From Moniliella sp. 'wahieum' (Eukaryota): a DNA stretch of 64,000 bases. The position numbers and the translations under genes are program-made. Under the pieces are notes generated by a model, which was not told the origin of the DNA, did not search any database, and worked only from the letters and a program-made list of their open reading frames with translations. Numbering within the stretch: position 1 is the first letter of the stretch; every line of letters starts with the position of its first letter. Location of the stretch: the NCBI GenBank assembly GCA_003971905.1, contig RSEE01000015.1, positions 310,001-374,000 of the forward strand, read 5' to 3'. Shown one piece after another: positions 53,301 through 64,000 of this stretch.

Positions 53301-55603
53301 GCCAGTCGGAGAAAGCCGATCCCGAGAGTGAGGCGCGGGCTGTGGCCGAGTTACTCCAAGTTGGGATTGAGCCTGCACGCCAGGCGCTTCGCTTGGCCGA
53401 TGGCCTGGTGCGCCGTGCTAAGCAGCAAGCCGAGGCTGACTTGGGCGTCGATTCCGACCCACTCGTTCACGGTCCCATTGGGCCCGTCTCGCTCTGGACG
53501 GTTGTCGACGGGGTCCCGTCCAAGACCCAATGGCTCTCACCGGGTGCCTACCTGTGGTCTTTGGGCAAGTTTGTCGAAATGCTGATCTACCACACCTTTA
53601 CCGCCGACGGCCTTCCCTCCCAGCCCCGGCCCACCCCCACTTTCTTCTTCCGTACGACCCACGCCGTGGTAAAGGCCACAGCTTCTCCCTTTCGTCTATA
53701 TCACCTTCAGCTCCAAGATCCCTTCCTTCCGTCCCCACCCCAGGAGAAGGAGCAGCGTTTGGAAGCGGTACGTTGGAATTCCTTTGTGAAGAGCCGAGCT
53801 GACGATCTCCAGGCACGCGAGACGCTTGTGGACTGGACCCAGTCCTTCTATACGTCGGTGCAGCGTCACCTAGACAACGCCGCGCTCATCCTGGCGCAGC
53901 AGGCGGAAGCGCCTGGTGCCGCGGCGAGCGAGGCGCAGGATGACCCCAGCTCTCCTCGAGCCAGACTGTATGCGCTGCGCCAGGTTCTCGCCGAGGAGCA
54001 CACCCACCTCGAAACCACCATCCGCTCCACCCCCATCACAGAGCTGAACGATGCACGGATAGCGTTGCATGATCGCGCTGCGGCGGCGGCGGCGGGCCGA
54101 GGCTTGGTGGGGGAAGTACCTTGCTGATCCCATGCCAGAGACGCACTACGCCTGGCCCCCCTGGGAAGAGGAGTGATGCTGCCCTCGTCTTCTGTCGTGG
54201 TGCGCATGAACGATCCCTTGTCCGTCGTGGCGTACACCCTCAGCCTCCCTAGTTTCCAACGGGCCGTTCATTCCCATGCAGTCAGCCGGGATTCGGCGGT
54301 AGGCTCCCCACTCGAGCCCAAGGATTCGATGGAAGAGTTGACTGCGCAACCTTCCCGCTCCACTGTTTCCACTTCCCAACAGTCCACCGCTGAGCCTCCG
54401 CCTCCCGACCCCGACGATCCCGACGCGCAGTTCTACCGCCCTGAGCGCACAATGGGCGTGACCAAGGCCAAGAAACGGGCCAAGGATGCGTCGTTGCTTA
54501 CGTTCAACAAGCTCCGTCGCCTCTCCTCGCGGCAGAATGAAGAAGGGGACCATACGTGGCCGCGCAAGGCGCCGTATACCCCGTTGCGTCCCGTGTCGAC
54601 GCCCAGCCTGTACAGCATGCCTGAAAAGGATGAGTATGACTCGGATGGCGGCCATGGCACGCCCACCTACCCCCACTACCCCCACTCAGTGCATGTCAAG
54701 CACACGGTCACCCGGGGCGCGCAAGGTATCTTGTACAGCGTGGCACGCCGCTTCGTTTGCCCGCTTGCGTTCCCTGTGGGGTATGGGGGAGACGGATTTG
54801 GTAGAGTCGTTGAGCCATTGTACCAACTGGGCCGCTGGCGGCGGCAAGTCCTCCTCGGCGTTTTTCCGTTCGTCAGATGGCAAGCTGGTGGCCAAGCAAC
54901 TGCAGGCCGTCTGGACCATGGATGAGACGGAAGCGTTCCTGGACTTTGCGCCATCGTACTTGGCGTACGCGACCCACTGCGCCACCAGCCACCAGCCTAG
55001 TCTGCTGGTCCGCATCCTCGGCGTCTACAGCATCAAGATCAAGGACACCACTGGCCGGATACCTCGGAAGCAAATGAATCTGATGGTGCTGGACAATGTA
55101 TTTGCCCATCCTGCCGGGGCTGGGCCACTGCTGCGCTTTGATCTCAAGGGCATCCGCGACCGACGGGTGAAGCATGCCAATTTCGCCTTGGACCCCGGCG
55201 GCCATGTGTGGCACGATGCCGAGTGGGCGGAGCAAATGCGGCGCAGCGCGTTTGTCCCTGCGCCCGAGAAGAGCGGCTACTGCGTGCGCTCGAGCGCGAC
55301 GTGGCGTTCCTAGTGCAGCGGGACCGGATGGACTATTCGTTGCTGGTGGCGGTAGCGGGCACGCGGGTGCGGGTGCAGTGGTGGACTACCGGGGCGTTTA
55401 CATGGGGCAAGCAACTGGAGAGCACGTCCAAGCGCGTGCTCAAGTCGCCCGATGGTAAACACAACGTCACCATCCTCCCGCCGGGCGAGTACGCCGAGCG
55501 CCTGCAGACGGCAGTACGCGAGTACTTTGTCGCGTGCCCCACGGGCGGGGAGCGAAGAGCGAGGGCTGCCGAGCGTGTTGTAGGGTCGGTGGAAACAAGG
55601 TAA
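50332..55603 (+). CDS. FAB1/PIKfyve-like phosphatidylinositol phosphate kinase with no visible FYVE domain
   Basis: PIPK motifs GGKSSSAFFRSSDGKLVAKQ, LVRILGVY, FDLKG, MDYSLL, VVDY, FTWGKQLES and TILPPGEYAERL. FAB1-type segments WSLGKFVEML and VVRMNDPLSVVAYTLS. Start uncertain; multiple shifts. Confidence 0.82.
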
Positions 55604-56090
55604 TTTTTAATGCCCCACGGCCCAGGTGGAGGTGGGGGCGGTGGGGGAGGTGGTAGAGGCCCTGAGATGGCAGAGGGCAGACTGGACAGGGCGGGCTAGG
55701 GTGTAGGGCTCCCCCTGTCCACACCTTAGCTATGCTCGTCCCGAGCGGAAACGGGCGTGCAAGCAAGTGTTCCGCGTTCCGCCCACACCGCCTTCGTTTC
55801 AACTTTCAACCACCATGCAATATATCACACATCACACACATCATATCACATATCACACATCACCGGTCACCCTTCTGTGTCTCCTGTAACCACATGTAAC
55901 CACCCAAGAAACTACCACACGCAATGCCCCCTATACACACACCTCTCTCTCGGACAGTCTTCTGCCTAGCTAGACTAATATTGGTCCCAGAAAAACACGA
56001 CAAGGCATCGAAATGAGGTTCTGCAAGGTTTGCATCTCATTCATGCCACAGTGTTCCTTGTAAGGAGAGTATACATATGTTGTAGAATCT

Positions 56091-56936
56091 TGTCATGGGG
56101 GGGGGGGTCCCGAGATGGGACCCCCCTTAGCTGTAGTTTAGGAGTACATAAACCCTTGGACAGGCCAATCGGTGTCTCGTATGTTAGGTCCTGCTTCAGA
56201 TCCTGGTTAAACCGAGCGGGTGTAGAGGCGAGGAGAGACCGTCTAGTGTGGGTGGCTGCCTGCGTGTATATAGAGGCCGCAGCTCAGACACTCCGAGGTA
56301 GGGTTACGTCGTAGGTCGTTATAGACAAGTTGAAGGGGTCCAGGAGTTCCAAAGTTCTCTGTTCCTCGCAGCGTTACCACACGTACGCTGTAGTAGGCGG
56401 GAACACCGACGAGTCCTAAGGAAGAGCAAGCCCTACTGAGTACTGATGAGAGTAACCGCGGCTTGCAGTGTACTCGACGTATTAAGTCGGAAATTCGTAA
56501 TAAGCGTATAAGGGCAGTGGTATAGAAGGTGAAAGAGCGAGAGAGGAACGGGTAGTCGGGCAGACCAAAGACAGGATGGTCGACAAGGACCACAGCCAGC
56601 AAGCCTAGACATGGCTGCTTCTATACAACAGAAGAAATCAGGCCTCAAGTGCCCCATGGAAGGTATAGACAGAATGGGGGGCACTTTTTCCAGAGAGGAA
56701 AAGACAAATGCACAGCCCATGCTCTCAAAGGCGCTGACGCTGCGTAGTCGGGCGTAGCAGGAAGGGTTCTGCCAACTAGACTGGGTGCAAGGGGCACGAA
56801 ACATTGTACCGATGAGCCCAAGCGATCACATGGCAGGCGGCGGATGATATCCGCAGCATGGATACGACGGTCGACTGGCTCTCTGTCGCTAGTCTAAAAC
56901 AGGACTGACGCGTGTTGGGCTGAGATGTCTACGACA
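56091..56936. mobile_element. Possible solo LTR (846 bp)
   Basis: Non-coding segment of lower GC bounded by TGTCAT...ACGACA (TG..CA, 5 of 6 inverted match). Contains a TATATA and a 10-bp GC hairpin near the left end. No target-site duplication found. Confidence 0.35.
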
Positions 56937-57797
56937 TTCGGGGCTCAGCGTCCGAAGATAACTCGATTACCGCGATAACCGGAGCGCCCCGTAACAGAGA
57001 CGCTCGAGAAGAAGAAATTGGAAATGGGGGCGAGATAAGCCGAACAATTACATCAGTTACACTGCCCGATACATAGTATCTCAGAGTATTATTCGCCCAC
57101 GAAAGGCTCTCGCACAATCGTCGTTCGTACCGCTCTCATCCATTTTCATATCCTTGATATACTAAGTGAGAGCGTACCCAGCCAGGTCAGGAAACGGTCT
57201 GAAATTCGCCACGGACATATCCCATCCGATTCGGATGTCGGATGGACACGGTGGATCTCGAGACTGGTGATGCCTTGTTTATTCACGAAGTTTTGGTCTA
57301 CCCAGCGCTTACGGGGTTTGTGGATGGTATCAGTTTTATCCCATCCACTCTACCCGCAAGCCACTTTTTTCCGACCAGAATGCATCGGGGTGTAACCACA
57401 ACCGGTCCACACCATCACAATCCTGCGAACCACCGCCGCATATACGACCGACAGAGGATTGAAACTGATCGACGAGGTGAAAGAGCACCGCGGTAGACTT
57501 TATTGGAGGGGGGAGAGGGTAGTGAAATTCGGTGGACAGTGGCCATAGGGGGCATTTCAGAAGTGGCTTCGAAAGCACGTAATGAACAATACCACGGGTA
57601 GGGTGGTAGGGTTGTTTTCGCAGCTTGTAATTTTAGCGACTTCATGGTGTGTGTTCCTGCACGTGAAGTTGCGGAGGGAAAGGTGAAGCGGCCTTCTTCA
57701 CGAATATCGCACGTAACTTGGAGGAGAGGGGAAGAGGAGCTAAGCGTGTACCCTTATCACACCTTCACGCTTAAGATGTTGCCAAACGCATGTGGCT

Positions 57798-60588
57798 CTA
57801 TGCCGTCGGTGTTTGGACATCATGTGGCACGGGAAGTGTGCAGTCCATGAGGGATGACGGAGAAGGGGAGGGGGATGGAGTAAGATCCTCCGACAAGGCA
57901 GTGGGCGAGAACATATCTTGAGCGGACGGAGGGGGGGTCACTAATTTGGAACCCCTCGTTGACAACTGCTTCTGAGGAAGCGGTAGAGCATCAGTGGCCT
58001 GATCACGGAGGATATCGGCGCGCATTTTTTGACGGCGCCGAGCAATATACCGTGAGCGTTTGGCCCTTCGCCTCTGTTTCCGTTCCTCCTCGGGGAGTTC
58101 CGGAACACCGCCGTTGCGCTTTCGGAGGGCCTCGGGACGATGACGTGTACAATAAAAGTCGTCCGTACGCCAGTCGATCGGAGAAATATTTTGACGAATT
58201 AGAAAGTTGTTCCAGCAGCGGGTATGCTGCCTGATTCCACACACGGCGCACTCTAACATCGGCCACTTTCGAACACCGAGGGAAAACTGTCCCTTGCGGC
58301 CACAGACCTCACAGTCATAGGTCACCATTCCTGGTGCTGTTGTCGCCGCTGACTTGGGTTTAGGAGCGAGCGATGCAGTGGGATCCCTCGGTGTGGGCTG
58401 CTCTAGCTTCTGGCTTATTGGGTCCAGGAAATGAGCGGGATCTCCCTGGCAATATTGCCATGGCCTTACAGCACCACCTTCCTTTTGTTCGCCTCTAGTC
58501 GCCCGCCACGCCTTCAACCACTTGCGCTGGGCTGCCGCTCGCTCCTTTTTGGCCCAAGTCTGCTGTAGGGCCCTCTCCTTCTTAGCCTGGGTCACTTGCA
58601 GCACCCCCCTTTTCTCCGTCCGGGCCTTCTTCCTCCCGGATTCAAGCGTAGTATCCACCTCCGCTTTGACTTGGTCTTCAACCCGTACTTGCTCTTGAGC
58701 CACCGTGCGGCAAGAACGCTTCCGCGTGTCCTGGAAAAGCTCCATGAGTTGAGCTCGGGCTTGAGTTGCCTCCATTTTCTCGGCCTTGGCTTGGGCATCC
58801 ACATCCGCTAATATTTTGTCCAAGCGCGAGGACAAACATGTGAACATGGCCACCTCGTCCGCGTGTTGCTTCCTCCTCCTCTTGACTTTTTTCTTCCTTG
58901 GTGGGCAAAGGGCGGAAAAGAAGGCTTCCCACTCGGACCGTGCGCAGCAGACCACCTCCATTTCCACACTCCCCTCGAGTGGAGCTTCAAGTGCTGCGGC
59001 ATCCAATGCGTACTGTTTGTCCCATTGCTGGAACTGTGCGAGCTTTTCCGCGTCGGCTGAGAGTGCAGCACGCCGTATTCCACTTCCGACTGTGCTCCTG
59101 GCATCATATCGTTGGCGTCCGGACCAACATGGTGCTCAGGACTCAACATTGACTCCGGGCACGGCATTTGTGAACGAGAGGGTATCGCCGTCCCGTGCTC
59201 TGCAGGGGGAGCATCAACGACGATACCGTCATCACACTTGGACGAGTAGGCGTCCGTCGACGGGCGGCCCTGCTGAGTCAGTAGGGCATCAGAGTATGTG
59301 TCTTCCCCACCATCCTCAGCTGCATTCGAATCTTGGTAGGGCCAGGGGTTAGGTGCCTGTTGTGAGGACACCATTTCCATCTTGGTTGGTGAATGAGCCC
59401 GTGTTTCTGAAGACGGCCCGACTCGAGTAGCCGCAATTCAGGAAGATGCACCCCCTTCACAGGATCCTCCAAGTCCTCTGAGTCCTCTGAGTCCTCAGAT
59501 TCTCCTGGTGCCTCCGGTTCCGTTGGCTGTTGTGGCTTCCCCGAATGGGCATAGAGTACCCATAAGCGCGTGCCAATTAGGTAGTACGTGTTCCCGTTCC
59601 GATCAGACCCTATAGGGTCGTTTTGCTCGTGTTGAACAAGACTTTCCTCAGTCACCATATGGAGGCAGTCGGGCGTTTCGGAGATCCAAGAAGTGACATC
59701 ATGAAGGACTCCTAATTGAATGGGACGGGACAGGGAGGCAAACGTGCGTGGGTGCTCGTCCGACCCGAGCCAAGCAGAATGCGAAGGCATACGACGCTCG
59801 TATTCAGCCCGCAGGGTGCTGAGCCATGTCTCAGACGAGACGGTTCCGGGAGTGAGGAAGCGCATCAGCAGGCGAATTATCTCGGCTGTGCGCACAGCCG
59901 ATCCATTCACCAAATCCTGCTCCAGTTGCCACGGTGACATGGTGGCAGACCCGAGGAGTGGCCGGAAAGCCGAGAGGAATTGGCAGACGGCAGCAAAGCG
60001 TGCATCGCGGCGGAGACGGGCGATTCCCGGCTCGGTGCCCTGTGACGCAGCGAGAGCGGTGGTGAGGGGGTGTGAGCCAGGTTCGACAGAGGCGATAGGG
60101 AAACCCCGAGGAACTGAGAGCGTAGGCGTGGGTGTGGGTGTGACGACAGGTGGTGGTGGTGGCGGCGGGGCAACCTCCACAACAACGTTGCGCGTTGTTT
60201 CTGGTGGAGGCCAATCAAACCCTAGAAGCATTTGGAGTTGATGGGCAACATTGTGCTGGAGGGCCAGCTGAACTGCAGGGCCAAGCGGGATCCATGTGCC
60301 CTGACACTGGATGGGCGTGCCCTTCACTCTGTCATACTTGCAAGTGAGGATGAGCTTATCCAGTATACTCCTCCACTCGGCAGGCCCCAGTCCAGCAGCT
60401 TTCAGGATCTGGGTCGCGTTCAAGTATCCATCGGTCTTCCGGCGCATGCACGCAATGTTGCCCACCTTTGCCTCGTATACGGGCACACGTCCGTAGTTCA
60501 CCTCAGTAACCTGGCTTGGAGTTGGCGTGACGGTGGATACACCGGCGAGAGCGCTCGCCGCAGCGCCAGGAGCACCAGATGGAGGCAT
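57798..60588 (-). CDS. APSES/KilA-N domain fused to a DDT/WHIM-like module and a PHD finger
   Basis: ORF 59278..60648 holds YGRVPVYE..VGNIACMRRKTDGYLNATQILKAAG...QGTWIPL (APSES), then LRRDARFAAVCQFL...LEQDL (DDT-like), FASLSRPIQLGVLHDVTSW (WHIM1-like) and PIGSDRNGNTYY...RLW (WHIM2-like). ORF 57798..59006 holds EVVCCARSEWEAF (WHIM3-like) and CEVC..CAVC..QH..C..FYC..H (PHD). Two frameshifts in the linker. First in-frame ATG is at 60588. Confidence 0.8.
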
Positions 60589-63500
60589 GGCTGTGGTAGA
60601 AGAGGATAGAGCAGGCGGCAATTTGAGTGCTGTTCCCGCAGATGGCAAAGCGGATTAGACCACAGCGGGCGGAGGCGGAGCTGGTTGGGTAGAGCTCAGA
60701 GCGAAAACGGTGCTGGCCGATGTCGATTGTAATGAACGCCGGCGGTGTGTGTGTGGTTCACGCCAACACCCACGCTCAGACGCTCACGACGCCAGTGCCC
60801 GTGAGTCCGTGTAACCCTAACATACACCGCTATTTACCCATTCATTACGTACCAGACTGGCCTAGTGCAGCACAAACTGTGTTACGTAACAGTGTCTCTG
60901 CCGCAGCATTAACCAGGCTCGTCCTGACGGACACATTTCTGCTCTCTGGATCTGATACGTAATGACATTTCTTTCGGAATGTCCAGATCGTTTGGAGTTC
61001 ACCGACAATATACATGAGGATGCCGGCATAACTGCTCATAATTTCTTGCCAGGGAAACTTTATGTGTAGTCACAAAATTCTATCACGAAGCCTCGATTTG
61101 AGTGCGAGCCATGCACGGTCGAGAGGAAAAAGTTAGAAGACCAAAGGTTGATCCCACCAGAAACTGGGGACTGTTTGACTGCATGAGATACTAGAAAAAG
61201 GCAGGATTTGCTTGGATTTGAGAATGAATTGTCGGAAGGATGGCGATGGAAGAGGATCGATGACCCCGCAAGAGGTGACGAACAAGTTGCAAAGACCAAT
61301 CCAATGAAGCCTGTAGAGGAATAGGCAACAAAATAAATTATGAGCGTTACAGGATAGCTCTTGGGTTTTGGCCAGGATCCCGTCAGTCCCCTTCCGTCCG
61401 GCGTTGGTGCACCGCTGTTTTCGCACTTCTGCTGTACATGCAGCACGGTCAGGCCTGATGAAGACTGGCCGCATGATGACCCTGTTGGGGTGATAGGCTG
61501 GCTTAAATGGTCAACACCACCACTAGTGCGATTGCACCACTGTCGACCGCAATCAAGACGCCAGGGCCCATCACAAAGGAGAAAGTGTGAGTGTAAACAA
61601 TAAGGTCCGCAGCCCGCAACAAAAGGAACAGGGACCAAAAGCGGAATGCACCCCAGCCTCAACCAGAAAACGCAGTAGGGAAAAGCCTCCAGACAAAAGA
61701 AACGCACCAATGAGAGAGTTCGACATTGGCGATGGAATAGGTCAACATAAAGAAAGGATTTGAAGCGGGCCCAAGCGCACAAATAACCACCGCCGTACGG
61801 CTGGTAAAGACTGGGGCCAGATAACCCAGGTCGAAGGGAAACTGCACCATTTCGACAGAACCAAGTTCATCGTTTCGGTCGATGAGACAATCCGTTCGTC
61901 AGGCAGACATAACCCAAGCAAGAGAGACGGAGGAACCTTGTGAGTACGGCGTCGGGATCGTCCTCCCGTCTTCGCCAGGGATATAATAATGCTCGTTGTG
62001 TGTATTTCGCACGGGCGACCGATTGAGGTACCGTTGGGGGTGGTAACGCAAGAAATGGCTTGATGGTAGGAGACAAATTCCCTCTTCGTGGGCAGCGCAC
62101 CCCATGTCAAGTCAGGGCGTCAGAGCGTAGCTCAATTTTGGCGGTCCAGCACGACTAGACAGAAAAGTCCGTGAAGTCTGTGAAGTCCGTGAAGATATTC
62201 CATGTGTAACGCGTCTCGCGCGCCATAGCCCGTCGCGGGCATATTCCGCTTCGAGGCCGGATGTGGCCATAATTGAGTGACCTGCCCATCGCCCCAGGGA
62301 CGGGATACAACCACGGCGTCACCTCTGGGGTGGACTTACTGTTTAGTCTGAGGAGCGGGGCAGAACGGCCGACGCGTAACCGCAAACTCCATTCAACGGT
62401 GGGGTAATCGGGTCGACGATCATGGTGTATTCTGTGCACTTGGGGCAAGAGGTAAGGGGCTGTCGTCAACCGCCCCACCACGATGGAGCCAACTGCAGCC
62501 CTCACCACGTTCCGAACCTCAACGGGTCCAGAACAACGACCAGACTGGGGCATGTGCCCGACTCTGTCTCATCTCTGCGATCGAGGCCACAGCGATGCGC
62601 CCACCCAAGTGTACTATCTCAAAGCATCGACGAAAAAGCACTGCGAGGTAAGGGTTATTCTTGGAAACACACAACCCGGCACCAGCAGCGTTAGGCTGAG
62701 GGCACCAGCAGCATTAAACAGTGCGCATGCTCAGCGAACGTTGAGCTCCGGCACGTCTCGCGCAGGACTTTCAGCACAGGAAGCTCGTGGTGATGATGAG
62801 GATGGTGGTCTGCTGAAATATGGAGTCTGAGGCTCCGACCCTCAGGCCAGAGCTCAGGGACGGAGTCGCTGCAAACAAGCACAGCACCAACCCTAGCCAT
62901 CTGAGCGGAAGACGAAAACACTGACCCTGTGCCCCAAGGCGCAAGTGGCTTACGCAGTTGGACCACCATGTGTCATGCATTATGATGGGTGATGGATGGA
63001 ACGGTCAGTTGGCCACTGCATAGCGATCGGTGATTGGTACGTAAGCGCCCTCGAAATTCTGCATGCCGGGACCGCCACTAGCGCAACAGCAGGAAAGCGA
63101 CACAAACTACTAGGACGACAGGCCAAGAAGGAACGCGGCGTTGTGGCGACCACCAGGATGGTCCGTACGCGCGTTTGCTGACAGCTGTCCTGGAGCTCAC
63201 ATCCAGCCATCATCCCGCCAGACAATGCGCGCATACGCCAACCGGATTCGTTTGTCCTGGGCCATTCCTAGAAATGATTTATCGCGGGAGGGCGCGATGA
63301 AGCAACCATGCCATGAAAACGCCCCAAAAGAAAAGAACTTCATCCGCAGTACTGAGAAAAGCTATCAAGAGAGACAGAAGGTGATATGGCGGATAGGATC
63401 GATATGTGGAGAGGTAAGAAAGAAGTGGCCTGGCATGGACGGGCCAAGTAGAGGCAAACGATCGTGCTTCGCACACTTAGGTCACGTTTGGCATACCACA

Positions 63501-64000
63501 TCATAGTAGTGTTTGCACTTACACCCCCGCCCCACTCCACGACGCCTCGAGGCGATGATCCGATTGCCTGCTGGTGATGATGAGTCCGAGACAATTTGTG
63601 GGCTTGGTGGGGGAATCTCTTGAGGCCCATTAGAATTTGGCGCACGCATGAAGTATAGCGACACCAACATCAGTTTATACTACTGTGTGCATCATCTGGA
63701 AGCACGGTATCATAGAGGGCATGAGCTTGCCGAAGTCATTGGCGGTGGATTCTCAGTCCAGAGGGTATGTTGAGGAAAGATATGAGCTCCGAAACTTACT
63801 CAGGGAACCACTGCGGACGGATATGTTCATGTGATGGGCCCCACAAAATGAAAACCGACGACCACGCTCCGATAAGAGGGCAGCAATCAAGAGTCGCTGG
63901 AAAGGCCTCCCCTGAGTAATGGGAGGGGAGGAGAAGCTTAGGCCGTGACCTTGCTAATACGAACAGCGTATAGGATCAGAGATGAGACCACAAGTTGACA

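Noticed and set aside
61000..64000. Possible fragmented membrane-protein gene(s) on the minus strand
   Set aside because: Some hydrophobic segments are present, but many stops and no recognisable family, so I cannot support a call.

Overview
GC-rich, intron-poor eukaryotic DNA, most likely from a basidiomycete fungus. The Ustilaginomycotina-like gene structure is my inference. Nearly every conserved gene carries 1-bp frameshifts, which looks like unpolished long-read consensus, so gene limits are approximate. Recognisable genes in order: a UPF1-like helicase running off the left edge, a secreted pepsin-like aspartic protease, ERF2-like DHHC palmitoyltransferase, cytosolic HSP70, a BTB protein, TFIIF beta (TFG2), POM33/TMEM33, an intron-containing tRNA-Gly(GCC), RPL10, SIF2/TBL1, an AT-hook/Zn-knuckle protein, ATP25, ASNSD1, UTP11, a small hydrophilic protein, importin-9 (KAP114), a FAB1-like PIP kinase, and an APSES-DDT/WHIM-PHD protein. 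Repeats include a CRE/Cnl1-like non-LTR remnant with a second diverged copy of its 3' end, a possible solo LTR, a (GATG)n tract and a perfect 23-bp hairpin. The three most unusual items are: (1) an Mbp1/Swi4-type APSES DNA-binding domain fused in one open frame to an RSF1/Ioc3-like ISWI accessory module; (2) a spliced, in-frame UPF1 chimera whose zinc-binding CH domain is replaced by unrelated sequence; (3) a FAB1-like kinase with no visible FYVE or chaperonin-like domain. All family calls come from motif recognition by eye; no database searches were run.
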